This document shows, in pieces, positions 11,841-22,972 of a DNA stretch of 64,000 nucleotides. Below the pieces are notes generated by a model. That model was not told where the DNA came from, made no database searches, and was given only the letters and a program-made list of their open reading frames with translations. Both the position numbers and the translations under genes were made by a program. The stretch comes from Prorocentrum cordatum (taxonomy: Eukaryota). Within the stretch, counting starts at the first letter, position 1. The number at the start of each line of letters is the position of its first letter. Where the stretch lies: positions 372,001-436,000 of the forward strand of contig CAUYUJ010000270.1 in assembly GCA_963575745.1 (NCBI GenBank), in the 5' to 3' direction.

Positions 11841-13844
11841 CCGCGCGGACGAAGACGAGGTCGGAATCACGACCCTCCCCAATGCAAGCTACTCGTCGGA
11901 ATTGCGATGTTCATACACTCGGCCTCCTTCCTGCTGCGCTGTTGCACAGGCAGGGTGGCGGGATCTGCCGCAGACAGCTGGACGCCGGAACCGCGTCTCG
12001 ACATCACGCGACTCATAGCAGGCAGCAGCAACTGAAACGCCGGCCTGGGGTCACACTACAGAGGGGGAGTACTCATCCTTCTTTCGCCGCCAGGAACGCT
12101 GTTACCGCCCACCTCTTAGAGAGAACGGGAAGGGGTCCTCCATTCATAATCGGGGGATTCCATTAACTGACAAGGAAAGTCACCAGCAAGGCAGAACTGG
12201 CACCGCCACTTGGGCGAATTAGCTCCCAGGTGGCATCGTGTACGGAAGCAGGCGCTGGAATCCACAGAAAAATAGGTTGACCAACTCCACAATCAAATCG
12301 TTGGGAGCCCGTGTTGAAAACCACTTCGAAAAATATCAACTCGAGGGTCCATATTTTGACAAGTTGGAGGAAGAGGAGGAGGGAGGAAGAGGAGAAGGAG
12401 GAGGAGGACGAAGAGGAGGAGACGGAGGACGACGACGAGGGGGAGCAGGAGGGGAAAGAGAAACCCCAACATCCAGCGGCCCGATTGTTTCATAGCTGGG
12501 CACCCAGACCTCTCGGACCCATCCACAGCGCCGGTTTTGATTACCACAAACTGTTTCTGACTGGTCCCGGCCCGAAGCTGGTCCCCAGATGCTCAACACG
12601 GCGAAAACGGGCCGCCCCGATTGTGTACGAGCCGCCGCATGCCTCCCCGCGCATCACTCGTCGACCGCAGCCCACTGGCAGCCGCCCCGATGGCCGCCGA
12701 AGGCCGCCGAGGGCCGCTGGCTGCAGTTCCCTAGGGCCTAGGGCCGCTCGCTCGCTGGCCGCCGAGGGCCGCCAAGGTTCGGAGACAACTGCTGGGAGGT
12801 CTTCGCGAAAACGAAAGAGCCAAGATCTACTAAGCCTAAGGCCGAAGGCCCATTTCAAGGGCCCGCGATTAGGCCAGACTGAACTGGGATGTGGCCGGAC
12901 AGAGCCAAACAAAGCGGGACTCTGCCGCATTAGGCCTGGCCTGAACCACGCATGTACCCGCGCCGCAACCGAATCAAACCTCCCAAGAAGCGCATGTCAA
13001 CTCCTGGCCCCCCCTCAGCCTCTGCAGGCCCCCACGCGGCGTGCCGCGGTCGCCGCCACCGCCGGGGACGCCGACGCCTCCGGGCTCGTGGGGGATTCGC
13101 TGGCCGCTGCCGCTGTGTCGTCGTCGTCGTCATCGTCCGCGCCGGCGCCGCTGGTGTCGCCACCGTTGTCGCCGTCGTGCTCGGCCTCAGCCTCGTCATC
13201 GTCGCCGTCGTCGTTGTCATCGCGGGCAAGGCACTCGAAGACGCCAGGTGTCTAGAACCTACCCCCTCGTTCCTCGTCTCCTCTTCCTCCTCCTGCACGA
13301 TTGCACAATAGAAATACTACTCTCCTCTCCCCTGATGACGTCCGGAAGATGTCTGGCCCCCTCTCCGCGTACTGTTTTTTTGCACACATGATTCGAGGGA
13401 AATGGGTCTTCGCTTGGGCTCGTTTTCAAAAAATGGTTCCCGCTGAAGCGCTGGCCCCATCTCTGCGCCTCTGGTTGTTCCATATCGTGTTCCCGCTGCA
13501 GCGCCGGCGTTTTCGGTCCTTCCAGATAGGCCCCAAAATCTAGAAGATGCACCCCGAAAAAAACCATCGGATGTGAATGCACAGTCGGTTTCGATTCGTT
13601 GATTTCTTGGGCCGCGAAAGCCCCTCGGCGTCATCGCTTTCAAGAAATATCAAGCGAGAGCCCCATTTCTGCTTTGAGAAGGCGATGTTGGAAGCAGAGC
13701 CAGCATGTACTCTCCATCAACCCCGCCTTGTGTGAAACTTTCCGGGGGGCCCAATGAGCTAAACATGGATCAACGGTTCGAGACCAGCCCAGACCTCTCG
13801 AAGACGATCGACTTACCCTCCAAGGTACCTGGCGCAATGCCAGG

Positions 13845-14102
13845 TGTAAATAATGATCCAAATCTCTCCACCCACAACCTCTTGATGCAAGAAGAAGACA
13901 GGCAGGTGATAGGATATCTTATACCGAATGAAACTCTGCGTTCGATAGGTGCGTCCACCCTCCCGCCTCAGTTGGGCGGGTTCACGAGCCACAAATGGCA
14001 ATAGTAAACAAGAGAGCGCAAGCATGATCGAGCGAAAGCAAGAACATATATAATTCTAAACATCATCATATAACTCACATCCTTGCTAAAATAACTTTCA
14101 CA
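13845..14102 (-). repeat. 3' LTR (~258 bp)
   Basis: Direct repeat of 22717-22972; about 18 substitutions and one 2-bp indel by manual count; the right end could extend to 14104. Confidence 0.95.
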
Positions 14103-14164
14103 CAGGAAAAGGAAACGTTGCTAAATAATGCCTTGGCAAATTCTGCAGCAATCCTCCAGAATAT

Positions 14165-14555
14165 TGAATAATAGTATTGGCTCGAACGATCAAACTATCG
14201 TCCGTGCAACAAGCAACAGATGACAAATAAAAGAAATCCAATACTCTCTGCTCGAACGGTCAAACTACCGTCCGTGTATCAAACAAAAGATACCAAGATA
14301 AAAGAAATCAGTACACCGAGCAACAGATACTAAGATGCCAGAAACCCACGCACTGAGCAACATATAATCAAATCTTTACCTGGCCTGCGCACCGAGCAAC
14401 ATATATTAAGCTATGAAATCTTTACCTGAGCTCTTGAGGGGGGGGGCCTTCACTCCTCATCTGCAGATGGTGACCAAACATCACTCATCATCTGAAATGG
14501 TAACCCAAATCGCTCATCATCTGAGAATGATAACTCAAATCACTGATCATCCTCA
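14165..14555. repeat. Short tandem repeats in the element's 3' UTR
   Basis: CTCGAACG(A/G)TCAAACTA(T/C)CGTCCGTG x2 (14181, 14252); GAGCAACA x3; ~30-bp CTCATCATCTGAAATGGTAACCCAAATC x3-4 (14450-14553). Confidence 0.8.
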
Positions 14556-16080
14556 GCGCACACGTACTGCTGACTTGATGATGCTGTATGCAATGTAAAC
14601 CTTGATGATCGGGTCGAGACTATAACTCCTGCTTTCGTCTGCGTCCAGCTTGAGACACCGTCCTAGGCAATTTGCGTAGTGCCTGTCCTTCGTATAGATC
14701 GTCTCATAGCTGTCGCCCTCGTACCTGAAACTCCTGATTATCGTCGGTCCCATGGTCTCCAGCCACTGTCTCAGTAGAGCACTATCTCCCAGCATGATTG
14801 GTCCATCTCCCATGATATCGTCGTCATAGGTCGCTGGATCGGCTCGTACTGCGAGTGTTGTCGTTGTAGTTTTCGGCGAAACCTTCGCCGTCCTGGATTT
14901 GACCTTGACCTGCTTCTCGGGCAACTCCGGCTTGAACAGGTTGTCGCTGCTTGAACGATCCACCTCCATCGGGTCAAACATGTCCTCGTCGTCGTCCTGC
15001 TTAGGCTTCATTACGTAAATAAATATGATGATACCCGCGATGATAGAGACTACGGTCACCACCGCAGGAGACATCGAACGACAAACTCCATGCACTGCAA
15101 GTGCACAAAGTTGAAGCATAACTACAGCTTGGTCAGGTATCTGGATGGTTCTCTGTGCGCCACTCCTCTCCATCAGGTAGTCGTCCGTTAGCTCTTCCGC
15201 GTAGAATGCCTCGACGTAGTCCTCGTCTTGAACCTCGTCCTTATTGTCGTAGAAGCACTCGTCCACGTAGTTGTACGTCTCCACCGGCCACGTAGAGATC
15301 TCTTCGTCGCCCTTCCCAGTGTAGTCGCACAGCTCCTTCTTGACGTACTTGGCAATCTTCGCGTTCAGCTCGTCTACCTCCTTGTTGGCTGCTACCTTCT
15401 CTGGTCCAACAAGCTTTCGTCCACGTATAGATGGTGCCCTGTCATCATGCCCAAGAGTCCACAGGTTCGATGCAACTATCTTCCTCGCGTAGCCTCCTGG
15501 AAGTACTTTCGTCAAACAGTCCGCTAGCATCTGCTCGCTCTTGACCCACTTGATGCCGACCTCTTTGAGTGACTGCCGCAATATAGCCGCTTCCAAAGAA
15601 AGCCTCCTGTCCGTCATAGAAAACTTTTCCTTTGCGATCGCGTCGCATAGGCTCTTGCAGTCGGTCACCGAAATGCATTTCACCGGGCAGGTGTCGTGCA
15701 CAATCTCGGCCATGTCCATCTCCGGGTACAGGATCTCCGCCAGGGTCGATCTTGTCCATATTAACATGTCCACATAATCCGCACATGAGTAGGCCTCCGC
15801 CGATAGAGTAGATCGCACCACTCGTTGAATCTTGGAAGACAGCCACCCAACGCAGTGTACCTTGTACTTGTTACTGTGGTCCTCGTTGATCTCCTGGTCG
15901 CCCAGCATGATGAAGTGTCCGCGTTGTGATCTGTGCTTCGGCAGATTGTCGAAAGCACTGTCGGTGACATTGATCACCATGGTCTCCCACAGGTTCAGGC
16001 CTGCTGAGAACCTGATCAGCAAGTCGTTCCGCTTCTGTATCCGCCTGATGGCCGCTCGCCTGCCCTTTCCTCGCGTGCTT
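14553..16080 (-). CDS. Copia RNase H with in-frame ~315 aa C-terminal extension containing a transmembrane helix
   Basis: VTDSAF, SQRG, RVVRSTLSAE, TDCKSL, DRRL, QMLADCLTK; the frame stays open to 14553; VVTVVSIIAGIIIFIYVM at 15009-15062. Confidence 0.85.
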
Positions 16081-16084
16081 GACC

Positions 16085-16830
16085 TCGCCAAAGTCGATCT
16101 CCTTCTGCAGGTCCTTCATGATCTTGGCGCCCTCCGGGTCGTCCTGCTTGATGCCCATGAGGAAGTCATCCACGCGCAGGCACATGATCCCAATGATCGT
16201 GCCCTCCGCATTGCGCTTGATGAAGGTCGCGGGCTCGAAGCTCAGGCCTTCCCATCCAAGCTTCACGAGCGTCTCGCGTAGTGCCACCTACCACGCGCGA
16301 GCTGCATCGTTGGTCCCGTAGATGCTCTTGTTTAACTTCAGCAGGTCGCCTGCCTTCACTCCTGGGATGTTGCACTTCCCGAGGTTCGTCGGGATGCGAA
16401 GGTAGAGCTCGCGTGCGATGGCTTCGCCTTGCAGAAAGGCTCCCTTCACATCCGCGATGACTAGGTCTAAGTTGAGGCTTGATACGACGCTGCACAAGAG
16501 TAACGTCATCTGCGCTGAGACTGTAGGTGAGTCCCTTCGTAGCTCGTCGCCAAACTCCTCCTCGTAGCCCCTCCCACATATCCTGGCCTTCGGCTCGAAG
16601 GTCGTGGGGCCCTTATCGGTCCAGACCACCTTGGAGCTTAGGATCTTGTCCGGGTCGACCTTGTCGACTGCTGCCCCTGATATGTGGGTTGCTGCATCGC
16701 ACTTGCACCACGTGCCCCATTCCTTCTCCACCGCCTGCTGCATCTTCTTCCACTTGAGCTTGTCATCGCCCAGCGTCTTCAAGTTGATCTCCCGATGCTC
16801 GTTGGCTCTCGTCGGTTGGCTGCACATCCG
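16085..16830 (-). pseudogene. pol: Copia-type reverse transcriptase, interrupted and C-terminally deleted
   Basis: KARICGRGY, DSPT, ADVKGAFLQG, LNKSIYGTNDAARAW*, RVDDF; ends abruptly after DFGEVK. Confidence 0.92.
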
Positions 16831-18029
16831 CTCGGCCGCGAACGCCTCGACGACCAGCGGTGTATCTGCCAGCTGCTTGACTGGCCCAGTTTGTGCTCGG
16901 GCTCGTTTGATGCTGATCGGCACCTCGTCCAGCAAGAACTCCTTGATCGTGACTGGGTGTTCCTGGCGCTTGCCCTGTGCAGGCTGTCGCGTACTTGACG
17001 ATGATGTAGCCGGCTGATCTTGCGGTACCTCTGCTGGTGCTGCTGCCGTTTCCTCCGCCTTCTGGCGTTCCTCCGTGCGCCTCTGGATCCTGGCAGGTAC
17101 TCGAAGCTGAGCTCGACCGTCCTGAGCGTCGTCCCGCTTGGTCTGCTTGAGCTTCAGGCCCTTCTTGGCGTGCTTCTTGCCTCCGCGCTTCACCTCCTTA
17201 GGTTCCTCCATGGTCTCGTCCGCGTTGGTGGACTCCTGCGGGGCTGCTGCAGGCTGTTGGCCACCTCCTGGTCCATCTCCAGCTTCCTCTTCCTTTCCCA
17301 GAGTGATCTCCTCGATGGGCGTGATGGGGTCTTGTGATACCACACCGTCGATGATCTGAGGATTGGCTATCCAGTCCACTCTCGAGATATCTTGAACCAG
17401 GTCGCGCGTGTCCAAGTTGAAAAGCCGCCGCCTCTCGATCTTGTACCCAGGCGTTGGATCAGGTAGAAGAGGGGCGTTCCTGACGTTATCCAGCTGCCTC
17501 AGGTCGGTCTTGCCCTGGCTGCTGGCCGCCACTGCTCCCGAGATGGTGTCCCAAGCTTGGTGCGCTCGAACAAGTCGTGCTCGTAGATCTTCCTCCGCTT
17601 GATCTTGATCAGCCGGTGCTGTCTCGTACTCGTCGTCCAGCCTCTGACGCATTGGCATCACGTCGTTATCGCGTACCACTTCCGATCGTCGCTTCCTGCT
17701 GTCCGCTGGCTTCGTCAGCTCCACGTTGCCTTGAGCAGGTGCTGCTGGTGCCGTCGTCGGTGCACTCGAGGGCGAATCACCTTGTCCTCCTGCTGGCTGT
17801 GGTGGAACATCGCCCTGTCCAGGATGCTGCTGATGTCCTGGATCTCGGTGATCTTGATGTTGATCTGGCTGCTGATATGGCCGTTGATCGGGCTGCTGGT
17901 CTGGTTGTTGATCATCTCGTGCTGGGTTATACTGTTGACCTCGAAGATCCAGAAAACCACGCTGACCAACTCTTCCACGTGCAGGTCCGCCATCTGAAAA
18001 CAGGTCGGTAAACTGCATGGTGCTCACCT

Positions 18030-19060
18030 CGTGCTCAGTCGCCCTTCGAAGGAGACTGGGTGAACTCAGGATCGGGATCCGGTTATGGATCAGCCAATAA
18101 CCGTGCTCATCTTTGCCCAGGCACCGGGCAGGTCCATGCCACCGTGCATGCAGGTTGCGCTTTAGGTTATCAGATCGCCAAAACATCAGTAAAGCACCTT
18201 GCTGAAATGGCCCTGGTTGGGGCCTCGTCCTCGCCAGAACTGTCCGTCTCAATGCTGATGAGTTTGCTGCCTTGAAAGAAGATTCCAAACAGATCTGTTG
18301 AAGGTGTAGTCGGTTCAGAATGATGTATTCTCGGCCACTCGTGAAACCACTGCTGGGTCGTTGTCGGGATTCGCCAAACTTGCAGGCAGTCGGTGTCCAG
18401 CCCCAAGTGCCCATTGCAGTGGTGAGAAGCCTGCCGTGCTGACAAGTTGATTGCACGCGCTGGCCATGCCACGTACTGCTGCTGCAACCGAATCTTGACC
18501 ACGAGCGCCCCCAGCGTTGAAGACACTCGTCGCCATCTCCTTCAGGTATCGCATCTTCCTCTCGACTTTGCCCATTTTCCAGCGAGCCTCTGGAGCCGCA
18601 TTGTTGATCACAATGCCCAGGTCGTTGCATGGCGTCTCGAACTCGCCCATAAAGGTAGAGTCCTGGTCCTGCTCCACGATGCGCGGTGGCCCGGCCCAGG
18701 TAAGCCATCCGAGTTCGAAAGCCTTCTTTGCTAACTCTGCCGTAGGTCTCGATCCGGGACACGCGCGGATCGCCACGGTGAAGTCCGACGCCACGTCCAC
18801 GATCACAAGCACCACGTGCATGTTCTTGTCCAGGTCGGGTATGATCATAAAGTCCATGCTGATGGCTTCGTTAAAGTCCTTAACCATAGGCTGAGCTGCC
18901 GTAGGTCTCGCTGCCGTCCGAGCCTGTTCTTCGCATGTCGTGCATCTGAAGAGACGTGCTGCTTGCACCGCTCGTCGGCTAGCTCCACCATGCTGTAGAT
19001 ACCGTACCAGTGACTCCTTGTAGGGTCCATGTGAATGGCTCTCGTGTGTCTCCTTGATAG
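18030..19060 (-). pseudogene. Integrase (HHCC + DDE + C-terminal W.GP module)
   Basis: HESHSH...RCTTC; ISMDF, EQDQD, GKVERK; frameshift near 18320; WHGPARCLG downstream. Confidence 0.9.
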
Positions 19061-19269
19061 CTGCTCGCATGAGTGGTGGCACCGCCATCCATCCCGACAT
19101 CTCGATGTTCTCGCCATGCTTGCTGAAGATCGTCGCCACGCTAGCGTGCATCGGCGCCTCCGTCTCCGCAGGGTTGGCCTCGAACTCGTCACAGTTGATG
19201 TCGTCGAAGTTGTTGGCGTACCGGGCGCAGCCACCATGCTGCTTCTCGAGGCCCCGCTGATCCTCGACG

Positions 19270-19890
19270 CCGTCCAAGGTCGTCTTGGCCAGCTCCTTGG
19301 TCCAGTTCCCAAGGCTCGATGCTGTTCCCTTCGGCCTGTTGATCACGCTCGTGTGCACGTGCTGCTCGTCACACCTGATGTTGTTGGGCTTCTTGCCGAG
19401 CATGGTGGCCGTCGTCAGGCACCTCGTCGGCTTCTTGACCGGGATCGCCTATGAAGTCCACCAGGTTGCTGCCCTCGGCGCACTGGTGCATCATCGCGCT
19501 TACGAACTCTGAGCCCAGCCATGGCATAAGCTGCCAGGCTCTTGACGTCAATGGGTTCTCCAGTAGCACATGAGCTCCTCGGCGCTTGCAGTTGAGCCAG
19601 ATTTTCTTCACAAGCTGCAGGTGCTTCATGCCGATCGCCAACTTGTGCATCTTCGCGCCCCTTGGGAACATGTGGGACATGTTCGTGAACGGGTCGCCGG
19701 GGAAACCCACAATGGTCACGTAGGGGTCATCCTCGTTCAGCTGCTTCAGGACGGTCTTCTGCGACTTTGCGCCCAGAGAGTCGTCCCCGATCAGGGTGCC
19801 CCTCGGCCTCGTCACTGGATGCCGCCGCTGCTGAGCTTCTGATGTGGCTGTCATGCCACCTGCGTAGAGCTCGAAGATGATGGGCCGCTT
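19270..19890 (-). pseudogene. Compact C5 cytosine DNA methyltransferase-like domain inside pol
   Basis: IFELYAG (motif I-like, ~19858-19880), VGFPGDPF (motif IV-like, Cys to Gly at 19696-19698), LLENP (motif VI-like, 19552-19566), HQC, VKKPT and SLGNWTKELA (motif X-like, ~19290-19316). Confidence 0.75.
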
Positions 19891-20079
19891 CTCCTCTGGG
19901 TCCGCCTTCAGTGTGTCCACGATGTGCTGGGACTGGTCCAGCTTGTCCTGAATCTCCTTCTCCCACGTCTCGATCTGCTCCCTCTGCTTCCGCCGTAGGA
20001 TGCCCCTATCGATCTCCTGGGCCTCCGCATTCCAGATGTCGATCTCGTCGGACGTTACTGATGGCTCGATCTTTGTCGT

Positions 20080-20480
20080 CTCTTTCTTCGGCCACTCCTT
20101 GAGCGAGATCGTCAGGTGTCCCTTCTCCGTCTTGTTGAGAGGCACTCCGTACTTGTTGATCGCCTTGAAGTCCGCCTTCAGATCCTTGATGTATATCGCT
20201 GTGTCGAGCTCCTCCAGCTGGTGGATGCTCAGCAGTATTGGCGTCTTCGACTTCGGCAACCTCTGGAAGCGTAGGTTCACGTCAGCTCCAGCAAGTCCAG
20301 CCGTCACCTCTTGTTCTCCTTCTGCCATGACCGGGGCGCTATCGTTCACGCCTCGGAAGCGCATGGATGATCCTCTCATCCGCGTGGTGACTCTGCCGTC
20401 CTCCGTGCAGCCGTCCAGTGATATTGAACCTCCTCATCCACGTAGGCACGCAGTGTCCAGTGCAGCATGTCGATCTGGAA
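20080..20480 (-). pseudogene. Retropepsin-like aspartic protease
   Basis: AALDTAC (Asp at 20455-20457); after a frameshift, FRGVN, TPILLS and GHL.I.L. Confidence 0.7.
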
Positions 20481-21228
20481 TAGGTCCTTTTCGCACTGCG
20501 TAGGCTTCGATTTCTTCCAGCTCCTCGCCAGGCTGCTGCCGCCCAACTCCCTCTGGAGCGTAGTTGGTTCCAGCTCGGCGTTGCGTCCACAACCATGTCG
20601 GTCGTACTCCAATCGGTAGGCGCTCGCAAGTACTCCTTACGACGCCACGAAGCTCCGAGGTCCTGTCCCAGGCAGCTTGGCATAGATCGTAGGCCATATC
20701 CCTGAGACCGATCGGTTCCATCTCCATGGCGATGTGCATTAGCTGCTGGAAACGATGTAGGGCCCAGTCCAAACATGAATCCATATAGTCCCTGTAGGCG
20801 GCTTCCATGTTCTCGCAGCTTACCCACAATGCTGCGATCTGCTCTGCACGTTCTCGTATCTTTTGTAGGTCGGTCTCTGTGTTGTCATCTTCTAGGTAGT
20901 CTGTACTTGGTCTGCTGGGATCCGTCCTCGACCACGTCCCTGGTGTAGGTAGGTCTGCTCGCTGAGCTCACTGGAGTGCTCAGGGGTTCGCCAGACTCTT
21001 GTGTTTGATGCTCTCCAGGTACCGGGTATGGTTCGCGTGCCTGGTCGATCCTCTCTTGGAAGTTCGGCTGGTCTCCTGCTGCTGATACCGCGTAGGTGTT
21101 CACGATCTGCTCCTCGGCGTCGATTCTCACCTTCGTCAGACTCGTGATCTCCTCCATCGCCACGTCTATGCTTGCCAGCTGGTCGCTGACAATCTGCATG
21201 GCGGTCACGTCCATCGAGCTGTCCGCCA

Positions 21229-22668
21229 TCAGCAGCTTGACCGCGGTCGCCATTGCGAATCCAGCTCGTCGTAGAAAACCTCCAGGTCGTCCGTGACAGC
21301 TTCGTCCTCCACGTCCGCCTCCTCGTCCTCCACGCTGTAGCGCACTGGATCCACTCGCTGGTGACCTTGTCTTTTCGCAACGGGGTCACCCTTCCAGCGG
21401 CCCTTCTTGCGGCACGCGTTGCACTTCGTGCGCGCCTTGATTTGCTTCAGCTTATCCTCGGCCTCTTTGCTGTCCATCTTGATGGAGCCCTGCTTGTTGA
21501 TGTTGGCCTTCCAAGCTCTATTCGACTTGCTCTGAGCAAGCCGCTCCCGGGCCCGCTTGTAGTTGGGCTTGTGGTTGCGCCGTCCAGCTTTCCAGCCAAG
21601 ACGTTGAGCCTCCGTCGCCAGGGTGTCGCACTCCTCCTGGCTGATGTCGTCCGGGTCTACGTCATCAATCACTCCCTCGAACTCGTCGATGTCCGCTGCA
21701 AGTGCGTCGTAGTCCTCATCACTCGGGAAAACGTCTTCATCGCGCGGTGAACGTTCATCTCCGAGTAGAGCTTCATCCTCTTCGTCGTCGTAGTCCACCG
21801 GGTAGGCTCCGCATCGTCCATGTCCACGATCATCTCGGCCTGTGCTGTCCAGCTGCATCAGCACGGCTGCCGTCACGTCGTCCCAGATGCATTCGTTGTT
21901 GCATTGGCCAAGGATTGCCTTATGCTCTTGCATGCTGGTGTTCGCTAATTTCAATAGAAAGTATGTCCGTAGGTCCTCGCTGGCTGTCGTGTTCGTTGAG
22001 AGTGACTTGAGCCGCTCGTACTCCGTCTCTCGTCTCGATATGTAGTCCTGCACAGACTCCGTTCGATTGCGAAAACCTCGGAAGAAATACTCCTCGAACG
22101 CTTGCTGCTGCTGTAGTGGTGCGATCCTTTCGCACGCGTGTCGTACTGTAGTTACCACTAGTTTGACTGCAGCAAGTGGGTCATTACCTGCTTCGTCCAA
22201 AACTGCTTGCGCACTGATCTCAGACTTCTTTCGCGCGAGCGTCCACGCCCGTCCATTCAGAGAATTCTTGAGCTTGATCGCATAGAGTTTCTTGATATTC
22301 TCCTCGCTCGCGCGGTAGCCGAGTATCGCACGCTCCTCGAACTCCTCTCCGTAGGATGGTTCGCCGTTGTAGTGCACCACGCCCTCTTTGTCCACGAAGA
22401 GGGGGCCGTCATTGAACTGCTGCTGCTGCCTGGACGTCATCTTAATGACAGTGATGCTACTGAGCTTGTTACCGATGTAGTAGCTGTCTAGATTGTTGCT
22501 GTAGTTCTGCTGCTCGCCCGGGATGTTGTTGATATCTCGATCTCCGTCCAAATTGTTGTAGGTAATGGTTTTGAGCGTTTTGTCGATCACCGTGATCTGT
22601 TGATGCGCGCGGTGGTTAAGCACCGCGAAGATGCAATTGAGCGCCAGCATATATGTCTGCAAGGCCAC
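21229..22668 (-). CDS. gag: Gag-like protein with degenerate CCHC zinc knuckle
   Basis: 479-aa ORF just after the PBS; R..ESVQDYI motif; CNACRKKGRWKGDP at ~21383-21424 (His to Arg, frameshift before the last Cys); true start may be MTSRQQ at ~22440. Confidence 0.8.
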   Translation of the reverse strand: MALQTYMLALNCIFAVLNHRAHQQITVIDKTLKTITYNNLDGDRDINNIPGEQQNYSNNLDSYYIGNKLSSITVIKMTSRQQQQFNDGPLFVDKEGVVHYNGEPSYGEEFEERAILGYRASEENIKKLYAIKLKNSLNGRAWTLARKKSEISAQAVLDEAGNDPLAAVKLVVTTVRHACERIAPLQQQQAFEEYFFRGFRNRTESVQDYISRRETEYERLKSLSTNTTASEDLRTYFLLKLANTSMQEHKAILGQCNNECIWDDVTAAVLMQLDSTGRDDRGHGRCGAYPVDYDDEEDEALLGDERSPRDEDVFPSDEDYDALAADIDEFEGVIDDVDPDDISQEECDTLATEAQRLGWKAGRRNHKPNYKRARERLAQSKSNRAWKANINKQGSIKMDSKEAEDKLKQIKARTKCNACRKKGRWKGDPVAKRQGHQRVDPVRYSVEDEEADVEDEAVTDDLEVFYDELDSQWRPRSSC

Positions 22669-22702
22669 TCTGTATGTAATCCTCGTACCGTGGACTGATT
22701 CA

Positions 22703-22715
22703 GCTCACGCTACCA
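22703..22715 (-). promoter_or_regulatory. Primer binding site, probably tRNA-iMet
   Basis: TGGTAGCGTGAGC starts 1 nt inside the 5' LTR; TGGTAGC matches the start of known iMet-type PBS; tRNA identity is inferred. Confidence 0.7.
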
Positions 22716-22716
22716 G

Positions 22717-22972
22717 TGTAAATAATGATCCAAATCTCCCCGCCCACAACCTCTTGATGCAAGAAGAAGACCGGCATATGATAGGATATCTTATACCGAA
22801 TCAAACCCTGCGTTCGATAGGCGCGCCCACCCTCCCGCCTCAGCTGGGCGGGTTCAAGCCACAAATGGCAATAGTAAACAAGAGAGTGCAAGCATGAGCG
22901 AGCGAGAGCAATGACATATATAATTCTAAACATCATCCTATAACTCACATCCTTGCTAATATAACTTTAACA
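22717..22972 (-). repeat. 5' LTR (~256 bp)
   Basis: Reads TGTTAAAG...TTTACA on the minus strand and is followed by the PBS; the right end could extend to 22974. Confidence 0.95.

Larger units (their letters stand above)
13845..22972 (-). mobile_element. Full-length but defective Ty1/copia-order LTR retrotransposon carrying a C5-DNA methyltransferase domain
   Basis: Paired TG..CA LTRs and a PBS; order gag(Zn knuckle)-PR-[DNMT]-INT-RT-RNaseH, with INT before RT (copia order); several frameshifts and a TAG at 16288-16290. Confidence 0.95.

Noticed and set aside
12311..13311. 314-aa and overlapping ORFs
   Set aside because: Built from GAG and GTC/GCC triplet tracts in GC-rich DNA; no domain evidence
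13836..13843. Inverted ATGCCA/TGGCAT flanks of the LTR element as TIRs
   Set aside because: Only 6 bp and not symmetrically placed; likely chance
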